DNA of 64,000 nucleotides from an uncultured Candidatus Saccharibacteria bacterium (GCA_964427275.1 CAYRSR010000002.1:1956-65955); one strand, 5' to 3'; shown: positions 8,824 through 17,566, numbered from the stretch's first letter. Notes: a model not told the origin generated them from the letters alone. Program-made: numbers and translations.

Positions 8824-10143
8824 ATGGTTAAACTACCACCGCAGGATATTGAAGCCGAAAAATCAGTACTCGGAGCTTTAATGATTAATCCTCAGGCGAT
8901 TGTAAAAGTTTGTGATGTCTTAAGTCCAGAAGATTTTTACAAGCCTGAGCATCAGGAAATTTATTCAGTAATTGTTGATCTTTTTTCTAAGAATGAGCCA
9001 ATTGATATTTTAAGCGTATCTTCTGAGTTAAAAAGAAGAAAGAAGATTAGGCAGATTGGAGGGGTAAGTTATCTAACTGATCTAGTTGAGGGGGTAGCCA
9101 GTGCCTCCCATATCACCCACTATGCTAAGATAGTTAGAGAAAAAAGAAACCTACGTGACTTACTTGGAGTTGCTGCTGAAATAACTGAAAAGGCATTTGA
9201 ACAAAAAGAGGCCAAGTACTTACTGGATGAAATTGAGCAAAAAATCTTTAAAATTTCTCAGCATTCACTGGTTAAAGAAAGAATTCCCTGGGAGACTGAA
9301 CTAAAAATGGCATTTGAAAGAATAGAAAAACTTCAACAGAAAAAAGAAGGACTTCGAGGAATTCCAACTGGCTTTAAAAAGCTGGATAATTACCTTTCTG
9401 GACTTCAAAAGTCCAACTTGATTATCCTGGGAGCCCGTCCCTCTCTTGGAAAGACTGCATTTGTTCTAGATATAGCCAGGCATGTTACGACTGAACAGCA
9501 TATTCCAGTTGCCTTCTTTTCCTTGGAAATGTCTAAAGATGAAATAATAGACAGATTAATATCTGCCGAATCCTCAGTAGATTTATGGAAACTAAGAACA
9601 GGCAGGGTAGACGATTCTTTGGAGTTTGAAATGATCCAATCTGCTCTGGATAGACTTTCTAAAACTCCAATTTTTATTGAGGATTATCCTTCTCCAACGG
9701 TTCTCCAGATTCGTTCAATATCCAGAAGATTGCAGTTGGAAAAAGGATTGGGGTTAATAATTATCGATTATGTTCAACTTATTACTCCTTCTGGAAACTT
9801 TGATAACCCTGTTCATCAGTTTACTGAAATCAGTCATGGCCTAAAAACTCTGGCCAGGCAACTAGAAGTACCAGTACTGGCTGTTTCCCAACTTACTCGA
9901 GCAGTAGATCAGAGAGAAACTGGGATTCCTAGACTATCCGACTTAAGAGAAACTGGCTCCTGGGAACAGGACGCTGATGTAGTTATGTTCCTATACCGGC
10001 AGAAAGAACAACTTGAGGATTTGGGAGATAGTAACTTGATGAAGATAAGAATTGCTAAACATCGAAATGGACCCCTGGGAGTAATAGAATTAAATTTTGA
10101 TCCTCAAAAAGTTACTTTTAGAGAGATTGATGAAACTTTGTAA
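8824..10143 (+). CDS. dnaB: Replicative DNA helicase DnaB
   Basis: N-terminal DnaB domain; Walker A GARPSLGKTAF; RecA-like C-domain; 439 aa. Confidence 0.9.
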   Translation: MVKLPPQDIEAEKSVLGALMINPQAIVKVCDVLSPEDFYKPEHQEIYSVIVDLFSKNEPIDILSVSSELKRRKKIRQIGGVSYLTDLVEGVASASHITHYAKIVREKRNLRDLLGVAAEITEKAFEQKEAKYLLDEIEQKIFKISQHSLVKERIPWETELKMAFERIEKLQQKKEGLRGIPTGFKKLDNYLSGLQKSNLIILGARPSLGKTAFVLDIARHVTTEQHIPVAFFSLEMSKDEIIDRLISAESSVDLWKLRTGRVDDSLEFEMIQSALDRLSKTPIFIEDYPSPTVLQIRSISRRLQLEKGLGLIIIDYVQLITPSGNFDNPVHQFTEISHGLKTLARQLEVPVLAVSQLTRAVDQRETGIPRLSDLRETGSWEQDADVVMFLYRQKEQLEDLGDSNLMKIRIAKHRNGPLGVIELNFDPQKVTFREIDETL

Positions 10144-10157
10144 AAATTTGACCTACT

Positions 10158-10757
10158 GTGATTCCTGAAGTTATAAGAAAACTTATTAAAATCTTAATGA
10201 AATTCCCTTCAATTGGCCCAAGACAGGCTACCCGCTTAGCTTTTCATCTAGTACATCAAGAAAAATCACAACTAGAAAATTTTGAACAAACCCTTAAAGA
10301 ACTTCAAAAAATGAGAATTTGCCCTAATTGTTTTTTTCCTTATCAGGGTAATTACAGACTTTGTCCAATTTGTCGTGATAATAGTAGAGATAAACATGTG
10401 ATTACTATTGTAGAAAAAGAAACTGACTTAATTTCAATAGAGAAAACCAAAACATATAAAGGAAATTATTTGATTCTGGGTGGACTGGCTAAAAGAGAAA
10501 TGTTGGAACCAGCTCAAAAACAAAGACTGAATGCTTTGGAAAGAAGAATAAAATACGAGTTAGGTGGAAAAGTTAAAGAAATAGTTATTGCTTTAAATCC
10601 AAATACTTATGGAGATTTTACTTTTTTGTTGATTAAAAAGCAGTTTGAAAACTTAGCTGACAAAATTACCAGACTAGGTCGGGGAATTCCAACTGGTGGA
10701 GAAATAGAATTTGCTGACAAACAAACTCTAATTGAGGCATTCAAACGAAGAAGTTGA
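10158..10757 (+). CDS. recR: Recombination protein RecR
   Basis: HhH N-terminus, C4 zinc finger CPNC...CPIC, Toprim domain; 199 aa. Confidence 0.85.
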   Translation: MIPEVIRKLIKILMKFPSIGPRQATRLAFHLVHQEKSQLENFEQTLKELQKMRICPNCFFPYQGNYRLCPICRDNSRDKHVITIVEKETDLISIEKTKTYKGNYLILGGLAKREMLEPAQKQRLNALERRIKYELGGKVKEIVIALNPNTYGDFTFLLIKKQFENLADKITRLGRGIPTGGEIEFADKQTLIEAFKRRS

Positions 10758-10775
10758 AAATTTGATATAAGAGTT

Positions 10776-11084
10776 TTAGGTTATGGACTTTAGTATTTCT
10801 ATTTCAGTATAAGGTTGTCGATGTCCTTTCTTTTTTCTATACCTGGTTTTAGGTTTATATTTAAACACTATCTTTTTTTCAGTTTTTCCTTGAGCTAAAA
10901 TTCTTGCTTTAATCTTTTTATCAAGATAAGGAGTTCCAATTTCAACTGTGTTGTCATTGGCAAAAAGTAAAATTTTATCTAAAACAATCTCATCTCCTAC
11001 TTTGCCATTGATCTTCTCTACCTTAATTTTATCTCCTGGCTTTAGCTTATATTGTTTTCCTTTTATTTCTGCTACAATTAACAT
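10776..11084 (-). CDS. rplU: 50S ribosomal protein L21
   Basis: MLIVAEIKGKQYKLKPGDKIKVEKI... typical bL21; 102 aa. Confidence 0.85.
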   Translation of the reverse strand: MLIVAEIKGKQYKLKPGDKIKVEKINGKVGDEIVLDKILLFANDNTVEIGTPYLDKKIKARILAQGKTEKKIVFKYKPKTRYRKKKGHRQPYTEIEILKSIT

Positions 11085-11085
11085 A

Positions 11086-11406
11086 TCAATTTAACTTTAA
11101 CACACTGGTTAAAAAAGTAAATATCAAAATTGTTTCTAGAAACGTGACACAACTCAAAAAAAATGATAATAACTTTTCTCGATGGAATAAAAAATTAGCC
11201 AGACTGAAATTTGCTAAAAAAACTAAAAAACTTAGTAAAATGAAATTTTTAAGATAACTTATATTTCTCAGATAATTTGATCCAGAATATAAGTTTTTAG
11301 GAAATACAATGTAGCTCTGGTTAGAAACCTTAGCATAGCTAACTATAAAAATTACCATTAAAGCTGAAAAACTTACTGCAAAAATAACTTTTAGAGTAAT
11401 AGGCAT
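11086..11406 (-). CDS. Hypothetical small membrane protein (ORF-track ORF trimmed to the first ATG that clears tRNA-Glu)
   Basis: Very hydrophobic 106 aa with 2-3 predicted TM segments. The longer 135 aa ORF overlaps tRNA-Glu and is not credible. Codon usage is AT-rich and could be non-coding. Confidence 0.25.
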   Translation of the reverse strand: MPITLKVIFAVSFSALMVIFIVSYAKVSNQSYIVFPKNLYSGSNYLRNISYLKNFILLSFLVFLANFSLANFLFHREKLLSFFLSCVTFLETILIFTFLTSVLKLN

Positions 11407-11414
11407 AGTTCCAG

Positions 11415-11488
11415 TACCGTTACCGGGATTCGAACCCGGGTTACCTGGCTGAGAACCAGGTGTCCTAGGCCAGCTAGACGATAACGGC
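11415..11488 (-). tRNA. tRNA-Glu (anticodon CUC)
   Basis: D-arm TCGTCTAGCTGGCCTAGGACAC is nearly identical to canonical bacterial tRNA-Glu. Anticodon stem CCTGG/CCAGG with loop ttCTCag; T-arm CCGGGTTCGAATCCCGG. Confidence 0.8.
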
Positions 11489-11543
11489 AACAAAACTAAG
11501 TATAAACAGTAATAACTTAAAAATCAACTCTTAGAAGGCTTTG

Positions 11544-12776
11544 TTAATATTTCTTAATTTCTTCTACTACTTTTTCCAAGTGCATTGCCCTACTCCCTTT
11601 AACTAAAATTACATCTCCTGGTTGCAATTCCAGTTCTACTGGTTTTTTAGCCTGGTCGGCGTAAAGATAGGAGAATATTTTATCCTGGGGCATTCCCATT
11701 TGCTTAGCCCCAGCAGCAATGAATTTCGCTCTGGGTCCTATTGTAAACAAAACATCTACAAAGGAAGCTAAAAATCTTCCAATTTCTTGATGCACTTTAA
11801 GAGAATATCTACCTATCTCCAGCATATCTCCTAAAACTACTACCTTTCTCTTAGCTGGCAATTCTTTTAATGTATTAAGTGCATTTTTCATTGATAAGGG
11901 AGAGGCGTTATAACAATCATCAATGATTATGGTATTTTTTACTCCAACCAGTAGATTCATTCGAGATTTTGGAGGCGAATACCTTTCAGATAATGCTTCA
12001 GTAATTTCAATTAGATTTAATCCAAAGGTTAGTCCTACACAGGCAGCACATGCAGCGCTATAGGCAGCTCCTCGACCTAAAACTTTATTCAACTTAACTG
12101 GAACACAATTTCCCTGGTATTCTAGCTTAAATCTTACTCCCCAGGGAAATTCTTTATAATAATTTTCAAAGTTAGAAATCATTACCTGAGCTGACTTATT
12201 AAAACCATAAGTTATTATTTTAGCCTTTAGTCTTGATTGAATTTCTTTAGTCCAAACGTCATCAATATTTAAGACAGCAATTCCTGAACTTGAGAGAGAT
12301 TCTACTAATTTTGCTTTTTCTCTAGCTACCTCTTCCGGACCAGAATAAAATTCAACATGAACTGGAATTTCTCCAACAGCAGTTATAACTCCAATTTGAG
12401 GCTGAGCAATACTTAGTAGATAATTTAAATCTCCAGGCTTATCTGCACCGTATTCCAAGACTAAAATTTCTGGATAATCAGCCCTTAAAACTAAATTTTT
12501 AATTGAACTGAGTATAACTCTTAGCCAGAATAACCTCCCGGTTATAGCAGAATAATCGCCCAAAATAGTTAACGGAAGCCCAATTTCATTATTAAAATTT
12601 GCTGGAGAAACTCTAGTTTTTCGATACTTTCCCAGTACTGCTCCAATTGCTAGCTTAGCAGAGGTTTTACCAACACTGCCGGTTACACCAATTATTCCAG
12701 GCTGATACTTCCTTAATGTAGCTTTAGCCAAGCTTTTTAGAATAAATCTTAAAATTTTTAGTCCAATCTTTTTCAT
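11544..12776 (-). CDS. Mur ligase family enzyme, most likely UDP-MurNAc-tripeptide--D-Ala-D-Ala ligase (MurF) or MurE
   Basis: P-loop GVTGSVGKTS; Mur ligase central and C-terminal domains; position directly after ftsI in the division/cell-wall cluster; 410 aa. Confidence 0.7.
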   Translation of the reverse strand: MKKIGLKILRFILKSLAKATLRKYQPGIIGVTGSVGKTSAKLAIGAVLGKYRKTRVSPANFNNEIGLPLTILGDYSAITGRLFWLRVILSSIKNLVLRADYPEILVLEYGADKPGDLNYLLSIAQPQIGVITAVGEIPVHVEFYSGPEEVAREKAKLVESLSSSGIAVLNIDDVWTKEIQSRLKAKIITYGFNKSAQVMISNFENYYKEFPWGVRFKLEYQGNCVPVKLNKVLGRGAAYSAACAACVGLTFGLNLIEITEALSERYSPPKSRMNLLVGVKNTIIIDDCYNASPLSMKNALNTLKELPAKRKVVVLGDMLEIGRYSLKVHQEIGRFLASFVDVLFTIGPRAKFIAAGAKQMGMPQDKIFSYLYADQAKKPVELELQPGDVILVKGSRAMHLEKVVEEIKKY

Positions 12777-12778
12777 AA

Positions 12779-14143
12779 TTAGTCTGCTGGAAATAAATGA
12801 TAGTAACTAATTATAAATTGAGCTAGTTCCTTAAATGCTGGAACTACCGTAATTCCTGCTAAAGGTGCACCTTCTGGCTTTTCCAATTTTACCAGAATGA
12901 CAATTTCCGGTGAAGTGCCCGAGATAAATCCTACAAAAGTGTTAATTACTTCTGAGCTATATCCGCCATTTTCTAAATCTGGAACTTGAGCAGTACCAGT
13001 TTTTCCTCCTATCTTATATCCATCAATCACAGCTACACCTGCCTTTTCTACAGTACTGATTAACATCAATTTTATTTGTTCACTTACTTCTGGGCTAATA
13101 GTATTTCCAATTATCTTCTTGCCCAACTTTTTATTTAGATATGGTCGCATTAGCTTACCTCCATTAATTAAACTTGAAAAAGCATTAATAAGTTCAATCG
13201 GAGTTACTGATATTCCCTGTCCAAATGAAGCACAGGCAAAATTCAGTGGCTGATTATCCTTAAGATTTGAAAGATCTCCATGTTGTTCAAATGGAAAATC
13301 AATGCCAGTTGGCTGGTCAAAGCCAAATTTTTTTAAGTAATTGTAAAAAGTTTGATGACCAATCTTTCTTTCCAGAAGGACTGCTCCAGTATTAATTGAA
13401 TGTTCTAATACATCCTTTATAGTTATTTCTCCATAACTTTTATTGTCCCAGTTGGTAATAGTTTTAGAGCCAATGGTAACCTTGCCCGGATCAAATAGAG
13501 TGTAATCTGGAGTGAATGAGCCTGAATCCAGGCCAGCAGCTATTGTGAATGGCTTTATTACTGAACCAGGTTCATATCTTTTACATATAGCCTGGTTTAC
13601 AAATAGACTTGGATTGGCTTTATTGTATTGATTTGGATTAAAATCTGGCTTACTGGCTAATGCTAAGATTTCTCCACTATTTGGATTTTGAACAATAATG
13701 GTCCCGGCTTGGGCATTAGTTCTTTTAATCAGCTGTTCTAAAATACTTTCAGCTTGATTCTGAATGTTTATGTCGATAGTTAAATACTGGTCCTCTCCTT
13801 GTTCCAATTGTTGATTATAATATCTTTCCAAACCGTATAAGCCAGTTGGAAACTTATTCTCTTTTGTATAGCCAACATAACCAATAAGTTGAGAAGCTAA
13901 GTTTTTTAATGGACAATACCTGGGATTTCTAAAATCACCAGTTCGATTTAGAGCTACAGGAAAGCTATTATTATGGCGGTCAGTGAAAAAAAATATTCCT
14001 CTAGAATTCTTAATTGAAACGTAAGAATCTTGCTCAGCTTTAACTAAATTAGTTTTTCCAACCTGAAGATCATAAAGACGGAAAACCAAAAAAGAATAAC
14101 CAAGCCAAAACAATATTGCCAGGAATATTATTTTAGACTTCAT
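12779..14143 (-). CDS. ftsI: Penicillin-binding protein FtsI (PBP3), septal transpeptidase
   Basis: N-terminal TM anchor, SVIKP (SxxK) and GKTGTAQ (KTG) motifs; follows ftsL. Confidence 0.8.
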   Translation of the reverse strand: MKSKIIFLAILFWLGYSFLVFRLYDLQVGKTNLVKAEQDSYVSIKNSRGIFFFTDRHNNSFPVALNRTGDFRNPRYCPLKNLASQLIGYVGYTKENKFPTGLYGLERYYNQQLEQGEDQYLTIDINIQNQAESILEQLIKRTNAQAGTIIVQNPNSGEILALASKPDFNPNQYNKANPSLFVNQAICKRYEPGSVIKPFTIAAGLDSGSFTPDYTLFDPGKVTIGSKTITNWDNKSYGEITIKDVLEHSINTGAVLLERKIGHQTFYNYLKKFGFDQPTGIDFPFEQHGDLSNLKDNQPLNFACASFGQGISVTPIELINAFSSLINGGKLMRPYLNKKLGKKIIGNTISPEVSEQIKLMLISTVEKAGVAVIDGYKIGGKTGTAQVPDLENGGYSSEVINTFVGFISGTSPEIVILVKLEKPEGAPLAGITVVPAFKELAQFIISYYHLFPAD

Positions 14144-14424
14144 AAGTTGGAAGCTGAAAGATACTTTGGACTTGATTCTAGAATCAAGCCTTGCTGTTTG
14201 GCTATTTTTTCCAAGTTAGAGGGACTGGTTACCTGATATAGCTCTTTCTGAAGGCCCAAATTAATGCTTTTTAAACTAGCCAGCTCATTTTCTAGATTTT
14301 TAATCTGATAATGGAGAGAAACCAGCTGATTGTATTGGTAAATGTACAATTCACCAAGAAGTAAAAGTATACCCAGGAAAATCAACCAGTTATACTTTTT
14401 TGGTGATGATTTAATAATAGTCAT
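14140..14424 (-). CDS. ftsL: FtsL/DivIC-like cell-division protein (single TM plus coiled coil)
   Basis: 94 aa; TM helix then leucine-zipper-like coiled coil; sits between rsmH and ftsI as in canonical division/cell-wall clusters. Confidence 0.6.
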   Translation of the reverse strand: MTIIKSSPKKYNWLIFLGILLLLGELYIYQYNQLVSLHYQIKNLENELASLKSINLGLQKELYQVTSPSNLEKIAKQQGLILESSPKYLSASNL

Positions 14425-14644
14425 AATAAAAAATTTAAAATGTAAATATCAAAATGAAAAATGCTATTAATCAATTTTCAATTTTCATTGAATTTTCAAT
14501 TTTCAATTACCGAGTCCCATTATCGAGGTTGAACCTCGATAATTTCTTCCTTCTAAATTGCATTTGTTTGAAAATTGGTTTATTGATAATTGATTGAAAA
14601 TTAGAAATTGAAAATTGTAAATTGTAATTTTGATTTTTAAATTT
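14425..14644. repeat. AT-rich modular repeat element, copy B, inserted between rsmH and ftsL; long imperfect palindrome with a central perfect hairpin
   Basis: Left arm AAATTTAAAATGTAAATATCAAAATG...CAATTTTCAATTTTCA mirrors right arm TGAAAATTGTAAATTGTAATTTTGATTTTTAAATTT. Central perfect 10 bp stem ATTATCGAGG/CCTCGATAAT (14519-14543, loop TTGAA). Shares blocks with copies A, C and D. Confidence 0.6.
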
Positions 14645-15538
14645 TTAACTTACTATGGCTGCTCTTAGTTTAGCTGAGCGACTTCGAGGATTGAATTTGA
14701 TTTCTTCTGGATCAGGAACTACTGGCTTTTTGGTAATAATCTTTACCTTTTCCTCTTTAGCTAATTGTCTAAATTTATTCTTTACTATCCTATCTTCTAA
14801 AGAATTAAAAGAAATCACCACTACTCTTCCATTCGGTTTTAAAATTTCTGGCAAGTTATTAAGTACTTTCTCAAGATTCTCTAGTTCCCTATTTGCAAAG
14901 ATTCTTAAGGCTAAAAATGTTTTTGTAGCTGGATGAATTCTTCTTCTTCGATAACTTAAAGGTACTGCCAATTTTACAACTTCTGCTAGTTCTAAATTGG
15001 TCTCAATTGGTTTTATTCTTTCTCTCTCTTTTATAGCTTTAGCTATTCTTTTGGCATACCTTTCTTCTCCGTAGATTTTTAAAACCCAGGCTAGCTCCTT
15101 TTGATTCATCTTCTTGAGCAGTTCCTTTACTGGAGTATATTCAGGAGAATAAATCATCAGCAGTGGTTCAGATTTACCTGAGAAAGAAAATCCTTTTCCG
15201 CTTTGAAGCTGAATTGATGAGAATCCCAGATCTAAAAGCAATCCATCAGCCTTTCCTAGTTTTTCTTGCTTAAGAATTGTAGTTAGGTCAGCAAAATTTC
15301 CATTTCTGAAAACCAATTTTATTTGCTTATCCTTTAATACTTGAGTTAATCGCTTCTTAGCCAGATTTAAAGATTCCAAATCTAAATCAACTCCTAAAAA
15401 CTTTCCGGCATTCATTTTTTTCAGGATTACTTCTGAATGTCCTCCACTTCCAAGAGTTCCATCAATAAAAAAATCTCCAGGTTTCAAATCCAATATTTCC
15501 ACAACCTTTTTTAAAAGAACTGGAATATGATACATCAA
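14645..15538 (-). CDS. rsmH: 16S rRNA (cytosine1402-N4)-methyltransferase RsmH
   Basis: GTLGSGGHS SAM-binding motif; position downstream of mraZ; 297 aa. Confidence 0.85.
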   Translation of the reverse strand: MMYHIPVLLKKVVEILDLKPGDFFIDGTLGSGGHSEVILKKMNAGKFLGVDLDLESLNLAKKRLTQVLKDKQIKLVFRNGNFADLTTILKQEKLGKADGLLLDLGFSSIQLQSGKGFSFSGKSEPLLMIYSPEYTPVKELLKKMNQKELAWVLKIYGEERYAKRIAKAIKERERIKPIETNLELAEVVKLAVPLSYRRRRIHPATKTFLALRIFANRELENLEKVLNNLPEILKPNGRVVVISFNSLEDRIVKNKFRQLAKEEKVKIITKKPVVPDPEEIKFNPRSRSAKLRAAIVS

Positions 15539-15547
15539 AAATTAGGA

Positions 15548-15979
15548 TTATATCCCTAATTCTCCCAGTTTTTCAGCAATTTCCTTTGAAGCTGACTCAG
15601 TCTTACTCTTGTATTGCTCCCAGATATGCTGGTCCCATAACTCTATTCGGTTATACAAGCCTGCAAATACTACTTGTTTCTTAAGTCGAGCATATTTCCT
15701 GAGATATTCAGGAATTAAAATTCTTCCCTGCGAATCTATTGATATATCTACTGCCCCGGCTAACATCAGTCTGACAAAGGCTCGAGAATCTGCCTTAGCC
15801 AAAGGCAATTTAACTAATTTTTGAGCCAGGGTTTCCCATTCTTTTACTGGAAATAAAAACAAGCAACAGTCCAAGCCCCTGGTAATTACAGCCTTTTTAC
15901 CCAATATTTTTCTGAATTTGACCGGAATAGCTACTCTTCCCTTGTTATCAATATTGTATTGATATTCGCCAATAAACAT
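15548..15979 (-). CDS. mraZ: Transcriptional regulator MraZ
   Basis: MFIGEYQYNIDNKGRVAIP matches the MraZ N-terminus, and the protein has the duplicated SpoVT/AbrB-like MraZ domain. The ORF-track start at 15991 overlaps a repeat box; the conserved MF start at 15979 is preferred. Confidence 0.8.
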   Translation of the reverse strand: MFIGEYQYNIDNKGRVAIPVKFRKILGKKAVITRGLDCCLFLFPVKEWETLAQKLVKLPLAKADSRAFVRLMLAGAVDISIDSQGRILIPEYLRKYARLKKQVVFAGLYNRIELWDQHIWEQYKSKTESASKEIAEKLGELGI

Positions 15980-15983
15980 AAAG

Positions 15984-16125
15984 TTATCCACAATTTTTTA
16001 GACTTATCCACATATTTATCCACAATTCCCCACTTTGTTATAAGATTACACCACTGGTCAGGAAAAGTCAACTAAAACTGTGGATAACTTTAAAATAATT
16101 TAGTTATATTAGGTTATAAGATTGC
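15984..16125. promoter_or_regulatory. Cluster of four perfect TTATCCACA 9-mers plus a GTTATAAGATT direct repeat upstream of mraZ
   Basis: TTATCCACA on the plus strand at 15984-15992, 16004-16012 and 16016-24; TGTGGATAA (reverse complement) at 16080-16088. GTTATAAGATT appears twice (about 16038-16048 and 16112-16122). The surrounding region is AT-rich. Confidence 0.6.
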
Positions 16126-16144
16126 AATAAATTAAAAACAGGTT

Positions 16145-16426
16145 TCAGTACTTGATTTCAAAATGATCAAACTCTTCCTGACATTTTTGCCATTCAATTT
16201 CTAAATTAGTCACTTTTGCTAAAGGTGGACCTACTTTAATCCAGTTAATCATTTGATTGATTCTTTCTTTTTCACCTTCCAAAACAATTTCTACTTTTCC
16301 ATCAGGTAAATTTTTTACCCAGCCGGTTATTCCCAAACTTTGAGCCTTCTTTTGAGTATAATCACGAAAAAAGACTCCCTGAACTTGTCCGGAAACAATA
16401 ATATGAACTCTAACCTTCTCAGACAT
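16145..16426 (-). CDS. acyP: Acylphosphatase
   Basis: VSGQVQGVFFRDYTQ...GITGWVKNLPDGKVEIVLEG; 93 aa. Confidence 0.85.
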   Translation of the reverse strand: MSEKVRVHIIVSGQVQGVFFRDYTQKKAQSLGITGWVKNLPDGKVEIVLEGEKERINQMINWIKVGPPLAKVTNLEIEWQKCQEEFDHFEIKY

Positions 16427-16445
16427 AGCTTAGAAATTTGAAAAT

Positions 16446-16518
16446 GTGGACGGTATAGGATTTGAACCTATGACCCCTGCAATGTGAGTGCAGTGCTCTA
16501 CCGCTGAGCTAACCGTCC
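16446..16518 (-). tRNA. tRNA-Val (anticodon CAC)
   Basis: GGACGGTTAGCTCAGCGGTAGAGCACTGCACTCACATTGCAGGGGTCATAGGTTCAAATCCTATACCGTCCA; anticodon loop ctCACat. Confidence 0.8.
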
Positions 16519-16545
16519 ACCAGAGAACTTTGAGTAATATAATCT

Positions 16546-16920
16546 TTACTGTAGTTCTACTTTAGCTCCGGCTTGTTCCAGTTTTTTCTTTATTTCTTCA
16601 GCTTCCTCTTTTTTAACTTCTTCTTTTATTACCTTGGGGGCTGCTTCAACCATATCCTTAGCCTCTTTTAAGCCAGTTTTAGTTATTTCTTTAACTACTT
16701 TAATTACTTCAATTTTCTTAGGCCCAACTTCTTTTAGTAGTATGTTAAATATACTCTTTTCTTCGGCTGGTTTTTCTGCTGGCACTACTGATGGTGCTAC
16801 TGCAGCCGGAGCAGTTATTCCAAATTTATCCTGTAATACCTTAACCAATTCAGCTAACTCCAGAGTAGTTAATCCTTCAATTTCTTTAATTAAGTTTTTA
16901 ACTTTACTTTCCTCAGCCAT
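16546..16920 (-). CDS. rplL: 50S ribosomal protein L7/L12
   Basis: N-terminal dimerisation helix, Ala/Pro-rich hinge, conserved C-terminal domain; 124 aa. Confidence 0.9.
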   Translation of the reverse strand: MAEESKVKNLIKEIEGLTTLELAELVKVLQDKFGITAPAAVAPSVVPAEKPAEEKSIFNILLKEVGPKKIEVIKVVKEITKTGLKEAKDMVEAAPKVIKEEVKKEEAEEIKKKLEQAGAKVELQ

Positions 16921-16926
16921 ATTTAC

Positions 16927-17442
16927 CTATTTCTTCGACCTTTGTTCCAAAATATACAATAAATTTGCCAGTGGATTTTTTAAGCTGGAAATTAAGTTAT
17001 AAATTGGGCTCCCAATTAATCCAATTAATCTGCCAAACAAGTTTTCCCGAGAGGGTGACTTTACTAGAATTTCTACTATTTCTTCTTCTTTCATTTCTTT
17101 TCCAATTAAATCATAAATTCCTAGCAACTTAAATTGATCCAAATTCAATAAATCTTTCATTTTAAGGATTACTTTCCCAATATCTCCTAGTACGAATATG
17201 ATACCTAGCTGACCAGAATAAATTTCTCTTGGGTCAATTTCAATATCTTTTTCTCTAAAACCAATCTTTAGTAACCTTTTTTTTATAATTTTCAGTGTAG
17301 CCTCTTTTTTAATATCCTTTCTTAACCTGATAAACTCCATGGCTGGAATTTTGGAAAATCCAAATAAAATCAAGCTATTAGCTTTTTCCAAAAGCTTTTT
17401 ACATTCCTCTAATTCTTTAATTTTTTGTTGTTTAGATTTCAT
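16927..17442 (-). CDS. rplJ: 50S ribosomal protein L10
   Basis: Position immediately upstream of rplL and typical uL10 N-domain; 171 aa. Confidence 0.85.
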   Translation of the reverse strand: MKSKQQKIKELEECKKLLEKANSLILFGFSKIPAMEFIRLRKDIKKEATLKIIKKRLLKIGFREKDIEIDPREIYSGQLGIIFVLGDIGKVILKMKDLLNLDQFKLLGIYDLIGKEMKEEEIVEILVKSPSRENLFGRLIGLIGSPIYNLISSLKNPLANLLYILEQRSKK

Positions 17443-17561
17443 TAAATAAAAAAATCTGCTTCCGCAGACTTATGTTTATTAGCTACCCTCGGCAGGAATT
17501 TAGGAACCTGCTGTCTGCGGATAGTCAAAAAGAATATAAACAATTTTAAATTAAATGTCAA
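17443..17561 (-). promoter_or_regulatory. Consensus sigma70-type promoter (TTGACA-17-TATATT) and structured leader upstream of rplJ
   Basis: On the minus strand, -35 TTGACA at 17561-17556, a 17 nt spacer, and -10 TATATT at 17538-17533. The ~85 nt leader has paired CCGCAGAC/GTCTGCGG segments and a CTGCGGAAGCAG hairpin followed by a T-run just before the ATG. Confidence 0.45.
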
Positions 17562-17566
17562 CCTTC

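Noticed and set aside
11407-11493. N-terminal part of ORF 11086-11493 (MLPLSSSWPRTPGSQPGNPGSNPGNGTGT)
   Set aside because: It is the reverse-strand reading of tRNA-Glu(CUC); its Pro/Gly richness comes from the tRNA's GC-rich stems. Only the downstream hydrophobic part was kept, at low confidence.
15984-16024. Treating the TTATCCACA cluster as definitively oriC
   Set aside because: dnaA and dnaN are not in the window. The box spacing is atypical, and the boxes sit where MraZ operator repeats are expected. It was reported as an open two-hypothesis finding instead.
14655-17002. Antisense ORFs 14655-14936 (in rsmH), 15609-15824 (in mraZ) and 16634-17002 (in rplL/rplJ)
   Set aside because: They are embedded in conserved genes, and their composition is typical of reverse-frame artefacts in AT-rich DNA.
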